Source: Nannocystis bainbridge
GTDB taxonomy: Bacteria; Myxococcota_A; Polyangia; Nannocystales; Nannocystaceae
Length of the DNA: 64,000 nucleotides
NCBI RefSeq assembly: GCF_028368995.1
Contig: NZ_JAQNDL010000001.1
Coordinates: 288,001 to 352,000, forward strand
Direction: 5' to 3'
Below the pieces are notes generated by a model. That model did not search any database. It saw nothing but the letters and a program-made list of their open reading frames with translations, and had not been told where the DNA came from. Positions 54,250 to 63,994 of the stretch are shown here, one piece after another (the stretch's first letter is position 1; each line of letters starts with the position of its first letter). Made by a program: the position numbers and the translations under genes.

Positions 54250-56076
54250 TCACGCTTCTCGCGCCCCGCGGTACAGGAAGAAGCAGATCGCCAGCACCAG
54301 CGCCAGCGTCGCCAGCTCGCCGAGCTCGCCGCCGAGCCACGGCTGCGCCTTCTTCGGCACCAGCCCCGCGACCACCAGGCCGGCCACCAGCACGCCCGCC
54401 AGGCCCTCGCCAGCGACCACGCCCGCGGCCGCCAGGATCCCGCCGCGGGCCTCGCCCTCCGCCGGTCGGCCGCGCTCCGACAGCGCGCGCACGCAGCCGC
54501 CGAGGAAGATCGGCAGCATCGAAGCGATCGGCAGGTACACCCCGATCGCGAACGCCAGGCCCGACACCCCGCACAGCATCGCCGCCCCGGAGATCCCCGC
54601 CCCCGTGGCGACCAGGCCCCACGGCAGCTCCCCGCTCAGCACGCCCTCGATGATCGTCTTCATCAGCGTCGCCTGCGGCGCCGCCAGCTCCTTGCCGCCG
54701 AAGCCGTAGCTCGACAGCAGCAGCACCGTCCCGGCCACCACCCAGCACGCGCACGCCGCCCCGATCAGCTGCCCCAGCTGCTGCCACGCCGGCGTCGCCC
54801 CGACCAGGTAGCCGGTCTTCAGGTCCTGCGAGATGTCGCCGGCCTTCGAGGTCGCCACCGCCACCACTGTCCCGACCGTCAGCACCGCCGCTCGCGCCCC
54901 GAGGTCGTCCCAGCCGAACGCCGCGAACACGGCCGCCGTGCCGAGCAGCGTCACCAGCGTGATCCCCGACGTCGGCTGCGACGACACCCCGACGATGCCG
55001 ACGATGCGGGCCGCCACCGCCACCGACAGCAGCCCGAACACCGCCACCCCGAGCGCGCACACCAGCCGGGCGACGAACCCGAGGTCGCCGGCGATGAGCC
55101 CCGGCACCAGCGCCACCGCGGCGATCACCACCGCGATGGCCGCGGCGATGAACCAGCCCGGCAGGTCGCGGTCGGTCGCCGCGACCGCGCCCTTCTCGCC
55201 TGTCTCTTTGCGCATGCCCCTGGCGACCGACACGAACGCGCCCGCCATCATCGGCATGTTGCGCAGCACCGTCAGGATCCCCGCCGTCGCCACCGCCCCC
55301 GCGCCGATGTAGCGGATGTACTGGCGCCAGATCTGCGACGCGTCCATCTGCGCGATCGTCAGCTCGCGCTCCGGGTACAGCGGCTCGGGCAGGCCGGCGC
55401 CGATCCACGCGATCAGCGGGATCAGGGCCAGCGACGACACCACCGCCCCTGCCACCACCACCGCCGCCTGGCGGTAGCCGAGGATGAAACCGACCGCCAG
55501 CAGCGCCGGCGCGAACTCCAGCGCCACCTCGGCCTTCGGCAGCAGCGGCACCGCCGCGCCCGCCTCGCTCGGCACCGCGAACAGCAATGCCACGAGCAGC
55601 TTCATGCCCGCGCCCACCGCCATGCCGCGGAAGATCCACGCGCTCCCGGTCGCGCTCGAAGTCGTCGCCCGCAGCACCTCCGCGCACGCGCGGCCCTCGG
55701 GGTACGGCAGCTCGCCGTGGCCGTCGACGATCAGCATGCGCCGCAGTGGGATCATCGCTGCCAGGCCGAGCACCCCGCCGAGCAGGGCCAGCAGCGCGAT
55801 CTGCCAGAACGGCGGCGCCAGGCCCCACAGGAACAGCGCCGGGATGGTGAAGATCGTGCCGGTCGCCAGCGACGTCGAAGCCGAGCCGATCGTCTGCGAC
55901 AGGTTGGCCTCGAGCAGGCTCGCCCGCCCGCGCAGCAGCGCCACCGTCATCACCGACGCCGGGATCGACGCCGACACCGTCATGCCGACCTTGAGCCCGA
56001 GGTAGGCGTTGGCCGCCCCGAACACCACGCCGAGCGCGATCCCGGTGACGACCGCACGGACCGTGAACTCGCGCAT
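54250..56076 (-). CDS. OPT family oligopeptide transporter
   Basis: EFTVRA, NAYLGLKVGMTVSASIP, LPYPEG.ACAEVL, QDLKTGYLVGATP..QQ, APQATLM. Confidence 0.95.
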   Translation of the reverse strand: MREFTVRAVVTGIALGVVFGAANAYLGLKVGMTVSASIPASVMTVALLRGRASLLEANLSQTIGSASTSLATGTIFTIPALFLWGLAPPFWQIALLALLGGVLGLAAMIPLRRMLIVDGHGELPYPEGRACAEVLRATTSSATGSAWIFRGMAVGAGMKLLVALLFAVPSEAGAAVPLLPKAEVALEFAPALLAVGFILGYRQAAVVVAGAVVSSLALIPLIAWIGAGLPEPLYPERELTIAQMDASQIWRQYIRYIGAGAVATAGILTVLRNMPMMAGAFVSVARGMRKETGEKGAVAATDRDLPGWFIAAAIAVVIAAVALVPGLIAGDLGFVARLVCALGVAVFGLLSVAVAARIVGIVGVSSQPTSGITLVTLLGTAAVFAAFGWDDLGARAAVLTVGTVVAVATSKAGDISQDLKTGYLVGATPAWQQLGQLIGAACACWVVAGTVLLLSSYGFGGKELAAPQATLMKTIIEGVLSGELPWGLVATGAGISGAAMLCGVSGLAFAIGVYLPIASMLPIFLGGCVRALSERGRPAEGEARGGILAAAGVVAGEGLAGVLVAGLVVAGLVPKKAQPWLGGELGELATLALVLAICFFLYRGAREA

Positions 56077-56309
56077 GGAGGGCTGTGGGCTCGGATCGGC
56101 AGTCACGGCGAGCCTCAGCAATACCAGACGTCCCGACACCGACGAAAGCGGCCCTCGCCTGGATCCGGGTGCCGCGGCCCCTGGTCGCCGGTGCTTCATG
56201 AAGCGGCGGACAGGCTCCTGCTCGGAGCCGCTGACGCTCTGCGAGCACGCCGAGCGCCGGGGCTCACGTCTGCGGCGACGGCGAGCCCGCAAACATCCGT
56301 CAGCCGGCC

Positions 56310-56981
56310 TCACAGCCCCGAGAAGAAGCTGCGTGGGTCCTCGCCGCGGCGGTCCCGGGCCCAGCGGAGCCGCTGGCGCCGCCACTGCGTCAGGTCGGTC
56401 CGCTGCGGCGCTCGCCAGTGGCCCTCGTGAGCCCGCTGCAGCAGCGGGGCGATCGCCAGCGGGTACTCGATCGGCGTCCGGCAGACCCACGCCATACCTG
56501 TCCCGAAGGCCAGACGCAGCTCCCACAGCGCCGCCGCCCGCCGCGACTCGCCGAGCCACGGCGCCGGCTCGTCGACCCGCACGCACAGCCCGCGCAGGCG
56601 GTCGCGCAGCAGCAGCGGCGCCCCCGGCCACACCTCGAAGATCCCCGCCTGCGTCGTCGCCAGCAGCCGGTACAGCGGCGTCGGCTCGAGCCCCGGCACC
56701 CGCCCCGTCGCCGCCCGCCACGCCCACGTGTCGCCGGGCGCCGCCCCCGGCGGCTCCGCGTCGCACAGCGCCCAGTCGACGCGCGCCGCCGACAGCGCCT
56801 CGTGGCCGCTGTCGAGCGACGTGTGCACCCCGATCTCGCGGTCCCACCGCTCGAGCAGCGGCGCCGCACGCCGGGCCCCGTCGCGCCCGCCGAACACCCG
56901 CTCGCCGAGCTCGTCGAGCGCCGCCGACAGCCGCGCCCGCCCCATGTCCTCGGGCACAGGCCCGCTCACCCCCGCCTCCAT
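56310..56981 (-). CDS. Hypothetical protein
   Basis: 223-aa ORF with host-like codon usage between carA and the OPT gene. Confidence 0.7.
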   Translation of the reverse strand: MEAGVSGPVPEDMGRARLSAALDELGERVFGGRDGARRAAPLLERWDREIGVHTSLDSGHEALSAARVDWALCDAEPPGAAPGDTWAWRAATGRVPGLEPTPLYRLLATTQAGIFEVWPGAPLLLRDRLRGLCVRVDEPAPWLGESRRAAALWELRLAFGTGMAWVCRTPIEYPLAIAPLLQRAHEGHWRAPQRTDLTQWRRQRLRWARDRRGEDPRSFFSGL

Positions 56982-57111
56982 GGCCTGTCCCTCGGGACAG
57001 ACTCATCCACGCGCCCGCCCGCGCTCACGCCACGCCTGCCCCTCGGGACATGTCCTTTTGAGCCTGTCCCTCGGGTCATGCCCATGCGAACATGTCCTCG
57101 CGGACCTGTCC
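56940..57111. repeat. GGACATGTCC-type arrays downstream of carA, extending into the next gene
   Basis: Pairs 56943/56957 and 56984/56998; run 57035, 57049, 57063, 57077, 57091, 57105. Confidence 0.9.
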
Positions 57112-57119
57112 GCACGGGC

Positions 57120-58310
57120 TCACTGCGCGCGCTCGCGGCGGAGGCGACGGACCTGGGCGACGAAGTTCGCCAGCAGGTCGGTCGCGTCGTTGGGGCCCGG
57201 GCCCGCCTCCGGGTGGTACTGGACCGAGCCGATCGGGCGTCCGCGCACCCGCAGGCCGGCGCAGGTGCCGTCGAACAGGTTCAGGTGGGTCAGCGCCGCC
57301 CCGGCCCCGAGCGACTCGAGGTCGACCGCGAAGCCGTGGTTCTGCGACGTGATCGCCACCTTCTTGTCGTCCTCGTTGCGGACCGGGTGGTTGCCGCCGT
57401 GGTGGCCGAACTTCATCTTGAACGTGCGGCCGCCGAGCGCCAGCGCCAGCAGCTGATGGCCGAGGCACACCCCGAACACCGGCGGCAGCCCCTGCGCCGC
57501 CAGCAGCCCGCGCAGCTCGGCGATCACCGCCGTCGCCGCCGCCGGGTCGCCGGGCCCGTTGCTGAGCAGGATCCCGTCGGGCCGCAGCGCCAGCACCGCG
57601 GACGCCGAGGTATTCGCCGGCACCACCGTCACCCGCGCGCCCGCGTCGCGCAGGCGGCGGAGGATGCTGAGCTTGATCCCGTAGTCCCACACCACCACGT
57701 GCACGTCGGCCGCCGGCGCCGCGTGCTGCCAGCTCGGCTGGTCCCACGCGTACGTCTTCGTCGTCGTCACCCGGCCCGTCAGGTCCTGGCCCTCCATCGA
57801 CGGCGCCGAGCGGGCCAGCGCCAGCAACTTTTCGACGTCGTCGGTCTCGCTCGACAGCGCCGCCATCACCGCGCCGCGGTCGCGCAGGTGGCGGGTCAGC
57901 GCCCGCGTATCGACCTCGGCCAGCCCCGGCAGGCGCTTGCGCGCCAGGTAGCTGCCCAGGTCCTCCTGCGCGCGCCAGCTCGAGACCACCGGCGACAGCG
58001 CGCGCACGATCAGGCCGGCGCAGCCGTGCCCGCGCGACTCCTCGTCGTCCGCGTTGACGCCGGTGTTGCCGACCTCCGCCACCGTCAGGCACACCAACTG
58101 CCCGGTGTACGACGGGTCGGTGACGATCTCCTGGTAGCCCGTCATCGAAGTGTTGAACACCACCTCGCCGACCACGGTCGTCGCGGCGCCGAAGCCGAGC
58201 CCGCGGAACACCCGGCCGTCGGCCAGGACCAGCGCGCCCGGACGCGCGGCGGGCCCTCCGGCGGTGAGCGGGCGGGCGGCGAGGTCGGGACGGGCTGTCG
58301 CTTGGGTCAT
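57120..58310 (-). CDS. carA: Carbamoyl-phosphate synthase small subunit
   Basis: GEVVFNTSMTGYQE..TDPSY, LSNGPGDP, GVCLGHQ, FGHHGGNHPV, SQNHGFAV, VQYHPEAGPGP. Confidence 0.98.
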   Translation of the reverse strand: MTQATARPDLAARPLTAGGPAARPGALVLADGRVFRGLGFGAATTVVGEVVFNTSMTGYQEIVTDPSYTGQLVCLTVAEVGNTGVNADDEESRGHGCAGLIVRALSPVVSSWRAQEDLGSYLARKRLPGLAEVDTRALTRHLRDRGAVMAALSSETDDVEKLLALARSAPSMEGQDLTGRVTTTKTYAWDQPSWQHAAPAADVHVVVWDYGIKLSILRRLRDAGARVTVVPANTSASAVLALRPDGILLSNGPGDPAAATAVIAELRGLLAAQGLPPVFGVCLGHQLLALALGGRTFKMKFGHHGGNHPVRNEDDKKVAITSQNHGFAVDLESLGAGAALTHLNLFDGTCAGLRVRGRPIGSVQYHPEAGPGPNDATDLLANFVAQVRRLRRERAQ

Positions 58311-58329
58311 GGTCCTCCAGACATGTTCT

Positions 58330-59334
58330 TCAGAGCAGCTCGACCCCGCAGGCGCGGGCCAGCACCGCCATGCGGACCGCCACGCCGAGGGTGACCTGGC
58401 GGAGGATCCGGCTGTGTGGGCCGTCGGCGACCGCGTCGGCGATCTCGACGCCGCGGTTGATCGGCCCCGGGTGCATCACGATCGCCCCGGGCGCGAGCAG
58501 GCCGAGGCGCGCGGGCGTCAGCCCCCAGGCCGCGTGATAGCTCGCCGCGTCCGGGATCGCCACGTCGGCGCCGAGGCGCTCGCGCTGGATCCGTAGCATC
58601 ACCGCCACGTCGGCCCCGCGCAGCGCCTCGTCGAGGCTCGGCGCCGCCGTCGCCCCCAGGCGCGCGGCCAGCTCGGGCGGCGCCAGGTCGCCGGGTCCCG
58701 CGACCACGCACTCGGCCCCGAGCGTGCGGAACAGCTGCAGGTCCGAGTGGGCCACCCGGCCGTGGCGGACATCGCCGCAGACCGCCACGCGCAGCCCGCT
58801 CATCGCCCCCTGGCTCGGCGCCCGGCCGAACGCCTCGAGGATCGTCAGCGCGTCGAGCAGCGCCTGCGTCGGGTGCTCGTTGACGCCGTCGCCGGCGTTG
58901 ACGACGCGGGCGCGCATGACCTCGGTCCACGCGCGCGGCACCCCGTCGCGGCGGTCGCGGACCACCACCGCGTCGAAGCCCATCGCGTCGAGGTTCTCCA
59001 GCGCGTCGCGCTCCGTCTCGCCCTTGCTGGCCGAGCTGGCGGCGTCTTGCACGAAGTGCACGACCTCGGCGCCGAGCCGGCGCGCCGCGACCTCGAAGCT
59101 GAGGCGGGTGCGCGTGCTCGGCTCGGAGAACACGCTCAAGATCTGGGCCCCGCGCAGGATCGGCAGCTCGCGCGCCCCGCCGCCCTCGGCCAGCGGCAGC
59201 ACGCGGGTGGCGGCGGCCAGCACGGCGCAGGCCTCGGCCGGCGACAGGTCGGCGATCTCGCACAGGTCGCGGCCGGGACGACGACCCCGCCGCGTTGCCG
59301 CGCCCCCGTCGCCGCTGTCGCCTGCGCGGTGCAT
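58330..59334 (-). CDS. pyrB: Aspartate carbamoyltransferase catalytic subunit
   Basis: EPSTRTRLSFE, SKGET, NAGDGVNEHPTQALLD, LRIQRER, MHPGPINRG. Confidence 0.95.
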   Translation of the reverse strand: MHRAGDSGDGGAATRRGRRPGRDLCEIADLSPAEACAVLAAATRVLPLAEGGGARELPILRGAQILSVFSEPSTRTRLSFEVAARRLGAEVVHFVQDAASSASKGETERDALENLDAMGFDAVVVRDRRDGVPRAWTEVMRARVVNAGDGVNEHPTQALLDALTILEAFGRAPSQGAMSGLRVAVCGDVRHGRVAHSDLQLFRTLGAECVVAGPGDLAPPELAARLGATAAPSLDEALRGADVAVMLRIQRERLGADVAIPDAASYHAAWGLTPARLGLLAPGAIVMHPGPINRGVEIADAVADGPHSRILRQVTLGVAVRMAVLARACGVELL

Positions 59335-59466
59335 CGTTTCTACCTGGCGCGGAGGGATAGCGCCGGCCCGCGCTTCGCGTCAACCCGCGCCTCCCCTCGC
59401 GCCCGGACCGCGGCGGTGCCCTGGCTCACCTGCCTGTCACTCCTGGTACCCTGCGACCAGGGCCCC

Positions 59467-60285
59467 ATGGACCGCGAACCCTCCGTCACCAGCGCCGCCG
59501 TCCTCCTCATCGGCAACGAGCTCCTCAGCGGCAAGATCCGCGACCAGAACGGCCACGAGCTGGCGAAGATGATGCGCCGGCGAGGGATCCGCCTGGTCGA
59601 GATGTGCACCGTCGAGGACGACCTCGGCGCCATCGGCGAGGCCTTGCTGCGCCTGCTCGCCCGCGTGCCGCTGGTGTTCACCAGCGGCGGCGTCGGCCCC
59701 ACCCACGACGACGTGACGATGGAGGCGATCGCCCGCGCCATCGGTCGCCCGCTGCGACGCGACCCCGACATGGAGCGGACCCTGCGCGCCCACTTCGGCG
59801 AGCGCATCACCGACGCCGCGCTGAAGATGGCCGACCTGCCCGAGGGCACCGCCTTGACCGCCGCGCGCGGCTGGCCGGTGATGCGGATCGACCTGCCCCC
59901 CGGTGCGCAGGCGAGTGCGCGGCGGATCTACGTGTTGCCCGGCATCCCCGAGCTGTGCCGGGCCAAGATCGAAGCGCTCGAGAAGATCCCCGGCGAGCTG
60001 CCCGACGCTGGCGGTTGGGCGCTGGAGACCCTGCACACGGAGATGGACGAGTCCGACCTGGCGGCCAGCTTGAACCGGGTCGTGGCCGCCTATCCGGAGG
60101 TCGAGATCGGGTCCTATCCGCGCTGGCTCAGCGGTGACGACGGGCGGCTGCGCTGCGTCGTGCGCGTGACCTTTGAGGCCATCGGCGAGCACAGCGGGCG
60201 AGCGGGCGCCGCCCGGGACGCCCTCGCGGTGGCGCTCGGTGACGCGGCCGTCTTGGCGGTCCCGGCGGACGGCGCGCTGTTGTGA
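59467..60285 (+). CDS. Molybdopterin-binding-domain / CinA N-terminal-like protein
   Basis: IGNELLSGKIRDQN, TSGGVGPTHDDVT, LPGIP, IGSYP. Confidence 0.9.
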   Translation: MDREPSVTSAAVLLIGNELLSGKIRDQNGHELAKMMRRRGIRLVEMCTVEDDLGAIGEALLRLLARVPLVFTSGGVGPTHDDVTMEAIARAIGRPLRRDPDMERTLRAHFGERITDAALKMADLPEGTALTAARGWPVMRIDLPPGAQASARRIYVLPGIPELCRAKIEALEKIPGELPDAGGWALETLHTEMDESDLAASLNRVVAAYPEVEIGSYPRWLSGDDGRLRCVVRVTFEAIGEHSGRAGAARDALAVALGDAAVLAVPADGALL

Positions 60286-60324
60286 ACATCCCTCCGCCGA
60301 AAGTTCCGTGCTAGCTTCCGGGCC

Positions 60325-60843
60325 ATGCGCCGCAGCCTGACCGCGCTCTTCTTCACCAGCGCATTGCTGGCCGTCTCTGGGTGCAGCCAGCCCAAGAAGG
60401 ACATCCTGGCGCTCCCCGCGGCGTACGACCCGCAGGGCGCCGACCTCACCTTTAACAAGAAGAACCTGGAGAGCTTCAACACGATGAAGCCCCAGGAGCG
60501 GGCGGACTTCGTCAAGGCGCTGCAGGACAAGCCCGGCAGCTTCCGCGGCCAGGCGGTCACCGAGGCGGGCAACGGCCTCGCGGCCGGCGTCGAGGGCTCC
60601 GAGCACGGCCCGTGGGAGACCTTCGCCCACGTCACCGAGCCGGTGCTGTTCGAGATCACGATCGATTACCGCATCTTCTCGACCGAGGAGCTGGGCCGGC
60701 CGCTGGGTCGCAACCTCCCGATCTCCTTCACCGGTACGCTCGTCGACCTGCGTTACGACGCCGAGTCGAAGCCGCGCAAGCTGACCATCCAGGTCAAGGC
60801 CGACGCGATGGCGCTGATCACCGACAAGACCCCCGCGAGCTGA
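60325..60843 (+). CDS. Putative lipoprotein
   Basis: Lipobox VSGC; host-like codon usage. Confidence 0.8.
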   Translation: MRRSLTALFFTSALLAVSGCSQPKKDILALPAAYDPQGADLTFNKKNLESFNTMKPQERADFVKALQDKPGSFRGQAVTEAGNGLAAGVEGSEHGPWETFAHVTEPVLFEITIDYRIFSTEELGRPLGRNLPISFTGTLVDLRYDAESKPRKLTIQVKADAMALITDKTPAS

Positions 60844-60853
60844 GCGAGCGCCC

Positions 60854-61828
60854 TTGTTAGACTCTGTCGGCTCACCCCTGACCTGGGTCGCGTTCCTCGT
60901 CGGCATCCTCGTCCTGCTGGCGATCGACCTCGGTCTCTTCAACCGCAAGCCGCGCCGCATCTCGATGCGCGAGGCGCTGATGTGGTCGTGCATCTGGGTG
61001 CTGCTCAGCCTGGCCTTCAACGGCTGGGTCTGGCACGCCTTCGGCGACGAGAAGGCGCTCGAGTTCCTCAGCGCCTACCTGATCGAGAAGGCGCTCTCGG
61101 TCGACAACATCTTCGTGTTCATCGTCCTGTTCCGCTACATGCGGGTCCAGCAGGAGTACATGCACCGGATCCTGTTCGCCGGGATCCTCGGCGCGCTGAT
61201 CCTGCGCGGCATCTTCATCCTCGCCGGCCTGGCGCTGATCGAGATGTTCACCTTCTCGCTGTACCTGTTCGGCGGCTTCCTGGTGTTCACCGGCCTGCGC
61301 CTGCTGTTCGTGCGCGAGGGCGGGGGCGACGGCGAAGAGGCCGGCCAGGACAACTTCGTCAAGCGCTGGGCCGAGAAGTTCTTCCGCGTCACCAAGGACT
61401 TCCAGGGCCCGCGCTTCTTCGTCACCAAGGACGGCAAGCGCTACGTGACGACCCTGTTCGTCACCCTGCTGATGGTCGAGACCGCCGACGTCGTGTTCGC
61501 GCTCGACTCGATCCCCGCCATCTTCGGCATCAGCACCGACCCGTTCATCGTCTTCACCAGCAACGTGTGCGCGGTGATGGGCCTGCGGGCCATGTTCTTC
61601 CTGCTGGAGAACGTGATCGACCGCTTCTGGCTGCTCAAGTACGGCCTCGGCCTGGTGCTCTCGTTCGTCGGCGTCAAGATGCTGCTCGGCGTCGGCTACG
61701 CCCCCTACGTCGAGCCGTTCCACATCCCGATCGGCATCTCGCTCGGCGTCGTCTCGGCCCTGATCGGCGGCACCATCGTCCTGAGCCTGCTGTTCCCGCC
61801 CAGCCACCCGCCCGAGGCGAAGTCGTAG
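60854..61828 (+). CDS. terC: TerC/Alx family membrane protein
   Basis: YLIEKALSVDNIFVF, D.VFALDSIPAIF, FTSNV.AVMGLRA, FVGVKML. Confidence 0.93.
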   Translation: MLDSVGSPLTWVAFLVGILVLLAIDLGLFNRKPRRISMREALMWSCIWVLLSLAFNGWVWHAFGDEKALEFLSAYLIEKALSVDNIFVFIVLFRYMRVQQEYMHRILFAGILGALILRGIFILAGLALIEMFTFSLYLFGGFLVFTGLRLLFVREGGGDGEEAGQDNFVKRWAEKFFRVTKDFQGPRFFVTKDGKRYVTTLFVTLLMVETADVVFALDSIPAIFGISTDPFIVFTSNVCAVMGLRAMFFLLENVIDRFWLLKYGLGLVLSFVGVKMLLGVGYAPYVEPFHIPIGISLGVVSALIGGTIVLSLLFPPSHPPEAKS

Positions 61829-61839
61829 CCTGACCGCGG

Positions 61840-61877
61840 GGACATGCGCGAAGGGACATGTCCCTTCGCGCATGTGA
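61840..61877. repeat. 14-bp-period array (3 units), hairpin-forming
   Basis: Cores 61843, 61857, 61871; ACATGCGCGAAGGGACATGTCCCTTCGCGCATGT is a perfect palindrome. Confidence 0.9.
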
Positions 61878-62209
61878 ATGCGGCGCGCCGACCCGGCTCC
61901 TCGTGCTGCCGACTCGCGGCGGTGGGTTCGCGCGGCCCCGGCCGCTGCGACGGAAATCGCTCAGAGCCCGCGACCCGCGCTGTCGCCCTCCGTCCTCGCG
62001 GCCCCTCACGCACCCTTGCGATCCCCGGGGCGCGGGAACGCAGGTTCAAGCCGCGGCAGACGACGCGACCCTCGCTGGCGACCTCTGCCCTCGCTACCCA
62101 CGAGTGATTCTGCCCTCGCGGCCGCCCGGACCCGCCGCGCTCACGCTCCTTCGCGGACCTGCGGCGCGGCGCCCCGGAACGGCCGCCCGCCCGCGGTGTC
62201 TCATCGGCC

Positions 62210-63994
62210 ATGCCGTCCGCCGCGCTCGCGCTCGTCCTCGCCCTCGCGCCCGCCGCCGCATCGACAGGTACTTTGGGACAGGCCGCCTGGGACAGCGCCG
62301 CCATGAGCGCCCGCGACATGGTCGATCGCGCCGGCCTGGTCCGGCCGGGTCAAAAGACTCGCGGCGAGTTGGTCGCCGCCGCCGGCCTCTCGCGCGCCGA
62401 CGTCGTCCGTGTCCTGGGGGACATGTTCACCGCCTGCGGCGGCGCCGCCTGCCCGGCCCTGCAGAGTGACGAGCCGGCCCGGATCCTGCTCGACACCCTC
62501 GGCGAGATCGGCGTGTTGGCCGACGCGCCGCTGCTCCTGCGCCTCGACGCGGTCAGCATCTACCAGGCCGAGCGGAGCCTCGAGGCGATCCTCACCCGCG
62601 CCATGGCCGACGCCATCCCGAAGGCCCGCTGCGCCCCTCCGACCCGCAGCGAGCTCGCCACTGCCCGCCTCGCGCTGGCCGACTTCGCCGTCCTCCGCCG
62701 CCACGGCGACGTGCTTCAGGGCGACGCGCCGACCCCCGCCGAGCTCGACGACCTCGCCTACTTCTTCGCCGCCGTCGCCGACACCGGCCCCGAGGTCGGC
62801 CGCACGCGCGAGGCTGGCGGCGCGCGCAAGCCGGCAGCGCCCGACCCCGAGAGCGATCGCCTCGCCGCCGCCGTCGCTGACGCCAAGACCCGCGGCGACG
62901 TCGCTGGCCTCGTGCAGCACGGCCGCGCCTACCTGGCTCGCCTCGGCTTCCCGGGCCCGCTCGACAGCAGCGCCGAGACCCACTGGGCGTGGGGCGGCGC
63001 CCGCTACTCCTACGTCTTCCGCGACCTCGCCCTCGGCGCCGAGCTGCTCGGCGACCCGACTCTCGCCGGTGAGCTCTACCGCCGCGCCAACCCCGGCGGC
63101 GGCATGTGCGGCACTAGCGTCTCTTACCGCTGGAGCGAGCAGGTCCGCGGCGCCATCCGCAGCGCCGAGCGGACCGGCGACTGCCGCGTCGCCATGGCCG
63201 AGCGGCTGCTCGACGTGGATGGCCCGAGGGACATGTACCCAAAGCCAGCCCCTGCCAGCATCGACTACGGCCCGGCCCGCCTGGCCGAGGCCGGCTTCGA
63301 CGTGGCCCGGCTGTACCGCGGCGCCATCCTCACCGCCGGTCGCGACGGCGAGCCCGCGGAGGTCCGCGCCGCGCTCGAGCGGGCGCCCGAGCCGCTGCGC
63401 AGCGCCGCCCTGGCTCGCCTGGCCCGCCGCGGCCCCGAGGCCTGGGAGGCCCGCGTCCACGCCCTCGAGGGCCTGGCCGACGTCGTCGGTCGCCCCGCCG
63501 TCGCCGAGCTCGAGCGGATGCTGCCGCTGCTCGCCGACGGTCCGCGCCAGCGCGCGCTCGAAGCCATCGGCGAGCTCGCCGACCGCCCCGCGTGGGACCC
63601 GTGCGACCCCGACGAGGCCGGCATCTACTTCAGCAGCTACAGCAGCCAGTGGTCGCGCCACGTCACCAGCCTCGGCGACAGCTGCGACACCGTCCTGCGC
63701 CTGCACGAGGCGGGCCCGCTGGCCCTCTCGCTCACCGCCTGGCTCGCCGACGCCAACCCCGACACCCGCGAGGCCGCCGCCGCCGCGCTCGGCAAGATCG
63801 GCCACCGCGCCGCCCTCCCGGCCCTGCGCGCCAGCAAACGCGACCGCTTCTACCCGGACGACTCGAAGCGCTGCGACGACGGAAATTGCCACATCTACTT
63901 CCCGGTCCGCGAGGCCGCCGCCGAGGCGATCGTCGCCATCCGCGAGCGCAGCGTCCACGACGCCCGCTGGCGCCGCAACGACGCCCACCGCTGA
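62210..63994 (+). CDS. Secreted HEAT-repeat-containing protein
   Basis: Signal peptide; LADANPDTREAAAAALGKIG and VREAAAEAI HEAT-like units. Confidence 0.75.
   Translation: MPSAALALVLALAPAAASTGTLGQAAWDSAAMSARDMVDRAGLVRPGQKTRGELVAAAGLSRADVVRVLGDMFTACGGAACPALQSDEPARILLDTLGEIGVLADAPLLLRLDAVSIYQAERSLEAILTRAMADAIPKARCAPPTRSELATARLALADFAVLRRHGDVLQGDAPTPAELDDLAYFFAAVADTGPEVGRTREAGGARKPAAPDPESDRLAAAVADAKTRGDVAGLVQHGRAYLARLGFPGPLDSSAETHWAWGGARYSYVFRDLALGAELLGDPTLAGELYRRANPGGGMCGTSVSYRWSEQVRGAIRSAERTGDCRVAMAERLLDVDGPRDMYPKPAPASIDYGPARLAEAGFDVARLYRGAILTAGRDGEPAEVRAALERAPEPLRSAALARLARRGPEAWEARVHALEGLADVVGRPAVAELERMLPLLADGPRQRALEAIGELADRPAWDPCDPDEAGIYFSSYSSQWSRHVTSLGDSCDTVLRLHEAGPLALSLTAWLADANPDTREAAAAALGKIGHRAALPALRASKRDRFYPDDSKRCDDGNCHIYFPVREAAAEAIVAIRERSVHDARWRRNDAHR

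Noticed and set aside
5274-61877. Classical REP/RAYT or IS-derived MITE origin for the 14-bp arrays
   Set aside because: No GTAG-type tetranucleotide end, fixed length, target duplication or transposase seen in this window; not excluded genome-wide
62020-62060. tRNA-like GGTTCAAG T-loop
   Set aside because: No cloverleaf, acceptor stem or CCA could be formed
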